Assembly (NCBI GenBank): GCA_002269645.1
Contig: NIVC01001752.1
Coordinates: 62,001-126,000 of the forward strand
Direction of reading: 5' to 3'
Length of the DNA stretch: 64,000 nt
From: Macrostomum lignano
Taxonomy: Eukaryota
Below the pieces are notes generated by a model. It was not told where the DNA came from. It did not search any database and worked only from the letters and a program-made list of their open reading frames with translations. The position numbers and the translations under genes were made by a program. Shown in pieces: positions 37,144 to 49,445 of this stretch. Each line of letters begins with the position of its first letter. Positions within the stretch are counted from its first letter, which is position 1.

Positions 37144-40100
37144 TGGCTGCTGAAGGTGCGGGAACGAACGGGTCTGGAAGGTGTTTTTTTGGTGAGTGAA
37201 TGATTGAATTATAATGAGTGAATGAGTTAGCGAACGAGTGAATAAGGTGAATGCATCAGTGAAAAAATGAGTGAATACGGTGAATTAAGGAGTGACTGAG
37301 TGACCGAGTGAACCGAGACAATGTGTGAATGACCGAGTGAATGTGACTGACTGACTGAATGACTCTTTGAATGATTAAGTGAATGTGTGTGAATGCATCA
37401 GTGAGTAAATGTGTGAATGAATGAGTGAATGTGTGAATAACCGAGTGAATGTGACTGACTGACTGAATGACTCTTTGAATGATTAAGTGAATGTGTGAAT
37501 GACTGAGTGAATGTGTGAACGACTAAGTGAATATGTGAATGACTGAGTGAATGTGACTGACTGACTGAATGACTTTGTGAATGATCGAGTGACTGTGTGA
37601 ATGCATAAGTGAGTAAATGTGTGAATTCAGTCAATCAAGTAGTGAATAAGCTAGTGAATGCGAGAATAAGTGAATAATCAAATCACACAGACACCCCCAG
37701 CCCGGCAGTACTCACTTCATCTGCCTGCAGCCGATGGAACTGAACGCCATCAGCTGCGGTCACTGCCGTTATACTGCCGTTGGCATCAGCGGAGCCCGCC
37801 TGCTGCTGCTGCTGAGCCTCGAACTCTTCCTCCCAGCGGGCATTGTAGTCGTCTCGCTCTTTCAGCGTCCGGCGCTTGGCCTCGGCCCAGCGACGCGCCT
37901 GCAGGCCAAGGCGGACAATGGGCGAGACGTCGGTCTCGGAGTCCTGCTCGGGCTCTGACTGCCGGATCTTCTCCATGAAGTGGCTCCATACGCCGGCCAG
38001 CACCTGCAATAGGTCACGGCCGAGGGTCAACAAATTTTAAGGCTCAATGGGTTGCTGAGGGTCATAGGGTTAGTGAGTCATAGTATCATACAGTCAGATA
38101 ATTTTAGGTTCAACGAGGACATAGGGGCGATCTATAGGGTTTTATAGGGCCTTCGATCATAGAGTCACATGATAAAGTTGGTGGGTCATAGAGACATAGA
38201 ATCATAGGGTTAGTGGGTCATAGAGCCAGAGAATCATAGGGTCAGTGGGTCATAGAGCCAGAGAATCATAGGGTTAGTGGGTCATAGAGCCAGAGAATCA
38301 TAGGGTCAGTGGGTCATAGAGCCAGAGAATCGTAGGGTCAGTGGGTCATAGAGACAGAGAATCGTAGGGTCAGTGGGTCATAGAGCCAGAGAATCGTAGG
38401 GTCAGTGGGTCATAGAGCCAGAGAATCGTAGGGTCAGTGGGTCATAGAGCCAGAGAATCATAGGGTCAGTGGGTCATAGAGCCAGAGAATCGTAGGGTCA
38501 GTGGGTCATAGAGCCAGAGAATCGTAGGGTCAGTGGGTCATAGAGCCAGAGAATCGTAGGGTCAGTGGGTCATAGAGCCAGAGAATCGTAGGGTCAGTGG
38601 GTCATAGAGCCAGAGAATCGTAGGGTCAGTGGGTCATAGAGCCAGAGAATCGTAGGGTCAGTGGGTCATAGAGCCAGAGAATTGTAGGGTCAGTGGGTCA
38701 TAGAGCCAGAGAATCGTAGGGTCAGTGGGTCATAGAGCCAGAGAATCGTAGGGTCAGTGGGTCATAGAGCCAGAGAATCGTAGGGTCAGTGGGTCATAGA
38801 GCCAGAGAATCGTAGGGTCAGTGGGTCATAGAGCCAGAGAATTGTAGGGTCAGTGGGTCATAGAGCCAGAGAATCGTAAGGGTCAGTGGGTCATAGAGCC
38901 AGAGAATCATAGGGTCAGTGGGTCATAGAGCCAGAGAATCGTAGGGTCAGTGGGTCATAGAGCCAGAGAATCATAGGGTCAGTGGGTCATAGAGCCAGAG
39001 AATCGTAGGGTCAGTGGGTCATAGAGCCAGAGAATCATAGGGTCAGTGGGTCATAGAGCCAGAGAATCATAGGGTCAGTGGGTTATAGAGACAGTAAATC
39101 ATAGAGTCAATTGGATTACAAGATTAGTGGGTCATAACGTCATAGTGTCCAGTCATTGGGCTATTGATTTAAACGACTCAAACATTCACAAACCTTTTTC
39201 CTATAATAGTTGAGCTGATTCCTGATGCTGCTCACAACCTTCTGACGGAGTCGTTTTTGCTGGTCGCTGGTCATGGCGCTGCCAGTGTCGGACTCGGCAA
39301 AATCGGCGAAAGAATTCACAACGGTGTCCAGATCCTCGTCGATGAAGCAGTCTAACTGGAACTCAAAGCCGACACCAGGCAAGATTCGCATCTGCTGCTG
39401 CAGAGTCCGGTCGTTCACCACTAGACGGAAGTCGGCCACGTGATAGAATTTGTTGGGGTCGCCGGAGTACTCCACGGGCTCGTGATCGCGACGGTCGGGC
39501 GGCGACGTGGCGACTTGCTTGGGCGGCTCCTGGCGTTGGGGGGGGGAAGAGATTTGAGCATCTGATTCGCATTCACGCTGACACTTACTTTATCTGACTC
39601 TTTGGCTGACTCTGATGTCTTACTTCGCGACTCTCACTCCATATCTAACAGTCAATATATCTGACTCTCACTGCACATCTGACAGTCAATCTATCTGACT
39701 CTCACTGCACATCTGACAGTCAATCTATCTGACTCTCACTGCATATCTGACAGTCAATCTATCTGACTCTCACTGCACATCTGACAGTCAATCTATCTGA
39801 CTCTCACTGCACATCTGACAGTCAATCTATCTGACTCTCACTGCACATCTGACAGTCAATCTATCTGACTCTCACTGCACATCTGACAGTCAATCTATCT
39901 GACTCTCACTGCACATCTGACAGTCAATCTATCTGACTCTCACTGCACATCTGACAGTCAATCTATCTGACTCTCACTGCACATCTGACAGTCAATCTAT
40001 TTTACTCTCGGTCTCCTTTAACTCATCTCATCTGACTCATTTCCTGACTCTTATGTTCCAGAGTTTCATTCATTCATTGTTTTTCTACAATACGTAATCC

Positions 40101-43100
40101 CTGCAATGAAAGTACTCGTATTTTTATTGCAATAATATTTAACCAATCAGTACTCACCCCAGACAAAGTAGATCCGCCATCCGTCGTTGTATCGCTCGAG
40201 TCCTGCCATTTCAAAGTCTGCGACAAGCGAACCAGCTGCACCTGAATCGGGATGGGCTTCAGGTTGAATATCTGCAGGGACAGGAGCTCCTCAACTGTAG
40301 GACGGAAATCCGGCAGCGGATGGGTGCAGGTGAAGAACACGTCCCGGATGTCATGACTCTCGATGCTGCAGAAGGATAACAGGTCGGTTGGTTAATGGCG
40401 AGTGTAAAATATCAAAATGCTACCTTGCTTTTACCACCCCTACAAGCACCCACCACCCCACAAGCACCCACCACCCCTACAAGCACCCACCACCCCCACA
40501 AGCACCCACCACCCCTACAAGCACCCACCACCCCCACAAGCACCCACCACCCAACAGACACCCACCACCCCCACAAGCACCCACCACCCCACAAGCACCC
40601 ACCACCCCCACAAGCACCCACCACCCCTACAAGCACCCACCACGCCCACAAGCACCCACCACCCCCACAAGCACCCACCACCCCCACAAGCACCCACCAC
40701 CCCTACAAGCACCCACCACCCCCACAAGCACCCACCACCCCTACAAGCACCCACCACCCCTACAAGCACCCACCACCCCCACAAGCACCCACCACGCCCA
40801 CAAGCACCCACCACCCCAACAGACACCCAGCACCCCTACAAGCACCCACCACCCCCACAAGCACCCACCACCCCTACAAGCACCCACCACCCCCACAAGC
40901 ACCCACCACCCCTACAAGCACCCACCACCCCACAAGCACCCACCACCCCAACAGACACCCAGCACCCCTACAAGCACCCACCACCCCAACAGACACCCAG
41001 CACCCCTACAAGCACCCACCACCCCACAAGCACCCACCACCCCCACAAGCACCCACCACCCCTACAAGCACCCACCACCCCACAAGCACCCACCACCCCA
41101 CAAGCACCCACCACCCCACAAGCACCCACCACCCCACAAGCACCCACCACCCCTACAAGCACCCACCACGCCCACAAGCACCCACCACCCCACAAGCACC
41201 CACCACCCCCACAAGCACCCACCACCCCTACAAGCACCCACCACCCCCACAAGCACCCACCACCCCTACAAGCACCCACCACCCCCACAAGCACCCACCA
41301 CCCCTACAAGCACCCACCACCCCCACAAGCACCCACCACCCCAACAGACACCCAGCACCCCTACAAGCACCCACCACCCCAACAGACACCCAGCAGCCCT
41401 ACAAGCACAACAATTATAACCACAAGTATTCAAAGCCTCTAACCGAGTCAGCACTTTAGGCGGCGTATTGCTGGCAATCCTTTGCCAGACATCTAGAAAA
41501 TTCTGGCACTCCTGATATGGTATACTATTGGTGACCATCTCTACAATGAGGATGCCAAATGCGAAAATGTCAACTTTTTCGTCGTATCGTTCCTGCAGCA
41601 TCTCGGGAGCCATGTAGCCCAGAGTACCCAGCATAGTCTTGCGAGTCTGGGTCTTAGCCGTGGCCAATCCGAAGTCGCCAATTTTGATGTTGTAATATTC
41701 TTCGGGATTCTCGCCATCAGCGATGAACACGTTCTCGGGCTTGAGGTCGCGGTGGATCACTGGCGGGTTCATTCTGAGATGCGGTTTTTCAATTGGCGTT
41801 GATTGAGATTATGGGATTGGTTATTTGAGATTAAATTGATGATAGCTGAGATTGGGTATGTGACTAAAGGGTGAGATTGGGTGTGAGACTGAAGGGTGAG
41901 ATTGGATATATGAGACTGAAGGGTGAGATTGGATATATGAGACTGAAGGGTGAGATTGGATATGAGACTGAAGGGTGAGATTGGATATGAGACTGAAGGG
42001 TGAGATTGGGTGTGAGACTGAAGGGTGAGATTGGATATATGAGACTGAAGGGTGAGATTGGATATATGAGACTGAAGGGTGAGATTGGATATGAGACTGA
42101 AGGGTGAGATTGGATATGAGACTGAAGGGTGAGACTGGGTATGAGAATAAAGGGTAAGATTGGTTATATGAGAATGAGGGTGAGATTGGTTATATGAGAA
42201 TGAAGGGTGAGATTGGTTATATGAGAATGAAGGGTGAGATTGGTTATATGAGAATGAAGGGTGAGATTGGTTATATGAGAATGAAGGGTGAGATTGGATA
42301 TGAGACTGAAGGGTGAGATTGGATATGAGACTGAAGGGTGAGATTGGTCATGAGACTGAAGGGTGTGATTGGGTACGAGAATGAAGGGTAAGATTGGTTA
42401 TATGAGAATGAAGGGTGAGATTGGTTATATGAGAACGAAGGGTGAGATTGGTTATATGAGAATGAAGGGTGAGATTGGATATGAGACTGAAGGGTGAGAT
42501 TGGATATGAGACTGAAGGGTGAGATTGGGTACGAGAATGAAGGGTAAGATTGGTTATGAGACTGAAGGGTGAGATTGGTTATTTGAGACTGGAGGGAGAG
42601 ATTGGTTATTTGAGACTGGAGGGAGAGATTGGTTATTTGAGAATGAAGGGTGAGATTGGTTATGAGAGACTGAGGGCTGAGATTGGTTATTTGAGAATGA
42701 AGGGTGAGATTGGGTATATAAGACTGAAGGGTGAGAGTGGATATGAGATTGAAGGGTGAGATTGGCAATAAGTGAAAAGTAAGATTGGGACAATATTCGC
42801 AAAGCAGGAGGGCAATTCCCCAGCGACTCACTTATGATGCATATGCCGCAGCCCTTCGAGAATCTGCTGCATCCAAGACTGAAACACGTTGAAGTCAACC
42901 ACAGCCTCTCTTGTCTGCTCGTTATAGAACGTCTTCATCTTCTCTTTAAGAGTGCCCTCGCTCATAAACTCTGTGACAATCACTGTGGCTTTGACTTTTT
43001 CGCCTCGATCGCCATTCTCTTCCAATTCGAAATAGAAATCGAACAGATCGTAGTAGCGGACTATGTTAGGGTGCTCGCATTTGATCATCATTTCCACCTG

Positions 43101-46100
43101 TGGGTTGTCGGTAATTTTTATGCTAATCACCCCAGACGAAAACGGTACCCAGGCTAAGAAGCGTCCCAAGAGTGGTTGCAGGTACTCGTAATGATTATAG
43201 AAGACTCTAAAACAACCAGTGGGTAGCTTCTAAGCACAGGAAGACACTAACGCCCCCCGACTGCCGGCAATCCCGTGCGGCTGTCCCCTGTCGTTCCTCC
43301 ACCTTGCGCAGGGCCCTGCTTGGACTCAAACGCAGGGACATCAGGGCGGTGGCCATCGCCCTCTCAGGTCATGGCTGTTTTGCCAGGCACCGTCACCTCC
43401 AGGGAAAAATCCGCAGTGAGGAACGCCCATTCTGCCTCTCCGCTGTGTCGAGAATGCGGAGCACTTTATCTGTGAATGCCCCGCCTTTACTCAGGACAGG
43501 CTCAACTACCTCGGCCCGAACCCGGACCTCTCCGAAGTTTTCAGGCCCAAGAATCTCTGCCTACATAAGGGCTACTGGGCAAGCGACTAACAACCTCCTG
43601 GACTCTCCGGAGTGGGACCGCACTGCGGACACAGGAACCACCGGAACTCCCTGCGGGCAGCAACGCCTCCTCGCTGCATCCGGATGCCCGGAGCCCCCTG
43701 CAGCTGAGTCAAGTCAAGTCGCCAAAAGAATCAATTTGAGACGTTTTATTTTCTACGACTCTGGAGCCGTTGAGTCGCTGCAAAATCACCGAGTTGCGTC
43801 TAAAGCTAACTTGCGTCACTTAATGAATTAAAATTGCATTTCGCATTATAACAACAAGTCTATTTAGTCTAATTAGAGTGAGTAGAAATTTAAGCGCTAA
43901 CACAACGACTCTTGGTTCTCTCTCCGTTGCATTAAGAGTCGTTTGAGTCGTTAAAAATTCACAAGATTCGCCCCACAGTGAGTTGTTTGCAACGAATTTT
44001 TAGCGATTTTTGTCACAGGTAACGCTTTTTCAATGGGCCAATCACTTAGGGCACAGAGAGTGTGCATGCCTGGCGATTTGAAGTTGTATCAGCAGCAGCA
44101 AAGAGCAGCCTCACCTCTTTTCTAACCTGCTCCCTCTCAGCCGGTTTATCTTTCCCAACTTGAAACTTCAACTCGCACCAAGCAATGGGCCGGCCCTGCT
44201 CTCTATCGTAGCCGCGGAACACTCGCTTATAGGCGCCTTCGCCGCACTTCAGATTATGCTTAATCCACCGACCGCACGGGCTGACGGCGATGCCTCGCTG
44301 TTTCAACTGCAGCTCAATCTGATGCCGGCGCCACAACTGCTCTTCGCGTTTTCTTTCCCGTTCTTTGGCTTTTATTTCTTTAGATTGTTTAGCCTTGCTG
44401 GCCGCGGAGGAGGATGTCACTGTGGTACTGGTTGTTGCAGGCGCTGCCGATGACTGCTTTTGCTGTTGTTGCTGCTGCTGCTGCAACTGCGGCGGCTGTT
44501 GAACATTTGCACCTGTAGATGTAGTTAAAGAACTCGATGTCGAGGCAGCGGTTGACATGGTCGCTAAAGATGCAGCCGCACTGGATGAGGTGCTCAACAG
44601 ACTGTGAGAACTAGTAACTGGCAAAGCTGTATTGCTGTCATCTTCTGGCTGGCTCTGTTGTTGCGGCTGCTGCTGCTGCTGCTGTTGCGTCTCAGAATCC
44701 AAATTTGCGCCCTCTGACGCTTCAACAAGCTGCGGTTGCTTGGCAATGCCAAGACCAGACAGTGGCTCGCTGACAATGCGACGGCGCCTTCAGATTGAGA
44801 AATATCGGAGGGGGGGGGTTTGAAAATATAGAATGCAATATACGTGAAAGAAATGTTAAGAAATGAGAGAAACGAAAAGCATTCAAATGAGAAATTACAA
44901 GCATAAGTACGAGAATGAAAAAAAATAAGAACCTTGATAATAATTAAAACACGAAATACGGTACTAGATATATTTGAAACACCTACACTTATCTGTTAGA
45001 TCACTTATATAAATCCGATAGATCACTTACACTAATCCGATAGATCACTTACACTAATCCGATAGATCACTTACACTAATCCGATAGATCACTTACACTA
45101 ATCCGATAGATCACGAACACCAATCTAATAGATTACTAACAGTAATCCAAAAGATCACTTACACTAATCTAATAGATCACTAACAGTAATCCAAAAGATC
45201 ACTTACACTAATCTAATAGATTACTAACAGTAATCCAAAAGATCACTTACACTAATCTAATAGATCACTAACAGTAATCCAAAAGATCACTTACACTAAT
45301 CTAATAGATCACTAAAAGTAATCCAAAAGATCACTTACACTAATCCAATAGATTACTTACACTAATCCGATAGATCATTTACACTAATCCAATAGATTAC
45401 TTACACAAATCCAATAGATAACTTACACTAATCCAATAGATTACTTGCACTAATCCAATAGATTACTTACACAAATTCAATAGATAACTTACACTAATCC
45501 AATAGATTACTTACACAAATTCAATAGATAACTTACACTAATCCAATAGATTACTTACACTAATCCGATAGATCATTTTCACTAATCCAATAGATTACTT
45601 ACACAAATCCAATAGATAACTTACACTAATCCAATAGATTACTTGCACTAATCCAATAGATTACTTACACAAATTCAATAGATAACTTACACTAATCCAA
45701 TAGATTACTTACACTAATCCGATAGATCATTTTCACTAATCCAATAGATTACTTACACAAATCCAATAGATAACTTACACTAATCCAATAGATAACTTAC
45801 ACTAATCCAATAGATAACTTACACTAATCCGATAGATCATTTTCACAAATCCAATAGATAACTTACACTAATCCAATAGATTACTTACACAAATCCAACA
45901 CAGGAGTAACTTTCAATAGCAAAACAGATAGGCTACGAATACAAATGATTCAATATTCAGGCTACACAGGGCACAAGAAAACAGCAAGTATTCAACTCTC
46001 AGCATTTTTATTCTTTCCCTCAGTCTAACTATTTTCCAGCGAACACCCAGCCTTGGACCCAATCCGAACGGTTGGTAGCTGTTGCTGCTGCTGCTGCGAG

Positions 46101-48824
46101 TGAATGAAAACAGATGAATTTGAAGAGAGACAGGGTGGTTAGCGAACACCTCCCCAAAACCATAACGTCGGTGAAATGTACGGATTAGCAGGCCAACTAC
46201 ATATAAATATTAGCGCAGCAACAAAGGCAGTCTAGGCTGCGAAAGTGGCTAGAAAATCATCACCATCACCACCCGTTTGTCGCACCACAGTCTCACTTCT
46301 CTCTTATTATAAATGTATCGAACAATATATTAGTAGATAAATAGCAACAAATAAAAAGTGCATTACAGAAGAGAAGAGGGGTGAGAGGGAGTGGGTAGGG
46401 GGAGAAAGGGAGAGGGATAGAAGGAAGACAGGGAGAGGATAGGAGTAAGATGGGGAGGGAGGGAGAGTAGATGGAAGATGGAGAAGGTAAGAGGGATAGA
46501 GGGTGGGGGATGGAGGGTGATAGGGAGAGGGATAGAGGGTGGGGGATGAAGGGTGATAGGGAGAGGGATAGAGGGTGGGGGATGGAGGGTGATAGGGAGA
46601 GGGATAGAGGGTGGGAGATGGAGGGTGATAGGGAGAGGGATAGAGGGTGGGGGATGGAGGGTGATAGGGAGAGGGATAGAGGGTGGGGGATGGAGGGTGA
46701 TGGGGAGAGGGATAGAGGGTGGGGATGTAGGGAGAAAGGGAGAGGGATAGAGGGTGGGGGATGTAGGGAGAAAGGGAGAGGGATAGAGGGTGGGGATGTA
46801 GGGAGAAAGGGAGAGGGATAGAGGGTGGGGGTGGAGGGTGATAGGGAGAGGGATAGAGGGTGGGGATGGAGGGTGATAGGGAGAGGGATAGAGGGTGGGA
46901 GATGGAGGGTGATAGGGAGAGGGATAGAGGGTGGGGGATGGAGGGTGATGGGGAGAGGGATAGAGGGTGGGAGATGGAGGGTGATGGGGAGAGGGATAGA
47001 GGGTGGGAGATGGAGGGTGATGGGGAGAGGGATAGAGGGTGGGAGATGGAGGGTGATGGGGAGAGGGATAGAGGGTGGGGATGTAGGGAGAAAGGGAGAG
47101 GGATAGAGGGTGGGGGATGTAGGGAGAAAGGGAGAGGGATAGAGGGTGGGAGATGTAGGGAGAAAGGGAGATGGAGGGAGAGCGATGGGGAGGGCAGAGG
47201 AGGGGAGAGAGGCGGGCAGAAGGAAATGTTAATTCAGTAATTTTTTTAAATCACCTTCCAAAGCGAAATACATTGAGGAAAATCTGCATATAGCAGATTG
47301 GCCAGAGCTATCTCAGGACACTCATTGATAAATAAATAATTCTATTCACTGTATAGAACTGTAAAACACCGCTAACAACCGTTTGTTTTGATCCTACTGG
47401 GACTCAACAGTAAGTAAATTTCAGATTTGGCACTTTTACGGCAGAAACACAAAGAAAGAAGATACACAAACACAAACACACATTAATATTCGGACTTTGC
47501 ACGCGAAAATTGACATTTCTTCGAAAACTGATTGCGTAATTTAAATCATGACTGTTTAAATTCCTGACGCAAATTTAAGCGTATATAAATTTGGCAAATT
47601 AGGTTGCTAAAAAGATTAGCTAACTATCTGATACAATAGGGATAGAGTTACGATAGTAAGATAGTGAAATATAAACCGTCATTAAAGAATTTTAATTAGC
47701 AGTACTACTTACCAAGCAGTAGAAAAACTGGAAAAAAACAGATTCAGAAAGATGTTTTAATAATAAACAAAAGATATAGCAGTTGCCAGCACTACTTTAG
47801 ATAGAAAGTAGTATGTAATTGCATTAGAGATGGCCAGCTTTAATTAGCAAGATAAATGAAGAAAATTTTAGTATTTTATTTTAAAGTAAAATAGTTGCGA
47901 GTAAAAAGTCTTTAACTCACTAATTCACTCTCCATTGTTTATTTTCACTTTATTTTTGCTCTATGTCACTCTTTACTGTCTAATGTCACTCTTTACTGTC
48001 CAATGTCACTTTTACTGTCTAATGTCACTCTTTACTGTCTAATGTCACTCTTTACTGTCTAATGTCACTCTTTACTGTCTAATGTCACTCTCTACTGTCC
48101 AATGTCACTCTTTACTGTCCAATGTCACTCTTTACTGTCTAATGTCACTCTTTACTGTCTAATGTCACTCTTTACTGTCTAATGTCACTCTTTACTGTCT
48201 AATGTCACTCTTTACTGTCCAATTTCTCTCTTTACTGTCCAATTTCACTATTTACTGTCCAATACACTATTTACTGTCCAATACACTCTTTACTGTCAAA
48301 AATTTATTTTTCAATATTATGATTTTTACTACTAATGTTAGTTCTTATAGTAAACCTAGAATTAAAGAATGAATATCTCTCTTAACGATTACTCACTCAG
48401 AAACCTGCACGCCAGTTGTTCCATCCGAGACGTCGGTAGCTCCTGACTCGCTCACCGAATGCGGCGACGACGAAAGCACAGTCTCCCAAATAGTGACCTT
48501 CTTGCGTGCCCGGCCCCCGAACCCGCCGCCGCCAACTCTCAGCAGAGAGCTCTTTAGCGGCTGCTGTCGGGCTGCCGAGCTGCTGGAGCCGACAGAATGC
48601 GGAGCCGGCGTAGCATCAGATGGGCCGCCGCCGCTAATAGCCGATGTGCTAGCGGTGTCGATTCGCAGCAGGCCAGTAGAATTTGATCGAGACTCTGGCG
48701 AGCTGATTGAACGATTCTGTTGAAATAATTGCTGCTGATGCTGACTAGAGGAATTACTTGTGTTACTGCTGTTGTTAGCAACGTGACTGTCGCCGCCTTC
48801 GCCGTTGCCTTCCGTGGTAGACAT
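34436..48824 (-). CDS. WNK: WNK-family (With-No-Lysine) Ser/Thr kinase, 9 exons, about 1200 aa, with one apparent 1-nt frameshift near 36900
   Basis: Exons 48397-48824, 44115-44787, 42832-43097, 41444-41773, 40158-40365, 39194-39577, 37716-38003, 36415-37173 and 34436-34713, all GT-AG. Phases join except for 1 nt missing in exon 8. WNK signature: Lys in the Gly loop (GEGAYKRVF) and Cys at the subdomain II Lys position (IAWCEL). Also [30 protein letters not shown], a CCT-like segment ([13 protein letters not shown]) and a C-terminal RFxV motif (GRFAV). Confidence 0.88.
34769..34944 (-). mobile_element. CORE-SINE family A, CORE-deleted copy
   Basis: Shared 3' half plus fused A/B-box remnants (GTGGTTAGAGCG, GGTTCGATTC). 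Confidence 0.75.
35620..36335. repeat. AG-rich array with 21-bp unit GAGAGTGAGATAGAGAGGAGA (WNK intron 8)
   Basis: Visible directly. Confidence 0.9.
37195..37660. repeat. Degenerate GAAT/GAGT/GTGA array (WNK intron 7)
   Basis: Low-complexity sequence with an internal duplication. Confidence 0.8.
38200..39090. repeat. 32-bp minisatellite GGGTCATAGAGCCAGAGAATCGTAGGGTCAGT (WNK intron 6)
   Basis: About 27 copies. Confidence 0.95.
39655..40000. repeat. 34-bp minisatellite TCTGACTCTCACTGCACATCTGACAGTCAATCTA (WNK intron 5)
   Basis: About 10 copies. Confidence 0.94.
40432..41405. repeat. 18/19-bp minisatellite CACAAGCACCCACCACCCC (WNK intron 4)
   Basis: Source of the PQAPTT/HKHPPP pseudo-ORFs. 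Confidence 0.95.
41845..42770. repeat. 25/27-bp minisatellite GAGACTGAAGGGTGAGATTGGATAT (WNK intron 3)
   Basis: Visible directly. Confidence 0.94.
43270..43718 (+). mobile_element. 5'-truncated, frameshifted non-LTR retrotransposon (LINE) 3' end in WNK intron 2
   Basis: GC-rich island encoding [11 protein letters not shown]...RPFC, then after a frameshift [13 protein letters not shown]. This is the C-terminal CCHC knuckle typical of I/LOA-type ORF2. It ends in a short GAGTCAAGTCAAGTC tandem tail. Confidence 0.75.
45000..45895. repeat. 22-bp minisatellite TAGATCACTTACACTAATCCGA (WNK intron 1)
   Basis: Visible directly. Confidence 0.93.
46375..47215. repeat. 36-bp G-rich minisatellite GGGAGAGGGATAGAGGGTGGGGGATGGAGGGTGATA (WNK intron 1)
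   Basis: Visible directly. Confidence 0.93.
47963..48295. repeat. 20-bp minisatellite CTGTCTAATGTCACTCTTTA (WNK intron 1)
   Basis: Visible directly. Confidence 0.93.
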
Positions 48825-48984
48825 GGTCTTTTTGCCTAACTAAATAGGCGCTAAGACACAGTAGATTGTGGTTATGGTATGCATATATTAATAGACTCTA
48901 CTTAGTTAAGTAGTCTGATTAGTATATTCTTTTCAAATGTCCTATGTTTGTGGTGGAGGGTGTTATCGACTGTCTGCTGACCAC

Positions 48985-49445
48985 TTAGCTTTAATTTATC
49001 CCTGACGTGTTTGGGGTGGTGGGTGCTATTGACTGGCTGCTTGCTGACCCTTAACTCCAATTTATCGCTGGCGTGCTTGGGGTGGTGGGTGCTATTGACT
49101 GGCTGCTGACCCAATTAACTCCAATTTATCGCTGGCGTGTTTGGGGTGGTGGGTGCTATCGACTGGCTGCTTGCTGACTCTTAACTCCAATTTATCGCTG
49201 GCGTGTTTGGGGTGGTGGGTGCTATTGACTGGCTGCTAACCATTTAGCTCCAATTTATCGCTGGCGTGTTTGGGGTGGTGGGTGCTATCGACTAGCTGCT
49301 GATCCTTCAACTCGCACTTATCGCGGGCGTGTTTGGGGTGGTGGGTGCTATTGACTGGCTGCTAACCATTTAGCTCCAATGCTATCGACTGGCTGCTGAC
49401 CCTTTAAAGCGTGTTTGGGGGTGGCGGGGGGGGGGGTGGGTGCTA
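48985..49445. repeat. About 63-66 bp tandem repeat (GGGGTGGTGGGTGCTATTGACTGGCTG...) upstream of WNK
   Basis: About 6-7 degenerate copies. Confidence 0.85.

Noticed and set aside
39161-39560. Apparent second WNK frameshift at the G9 tract (39538-39546)
   Set aside because: Using the upstream acceptor GTGTCAG at 39578 gives an intact phase-0 exon ([15 protein letters not shown]...).
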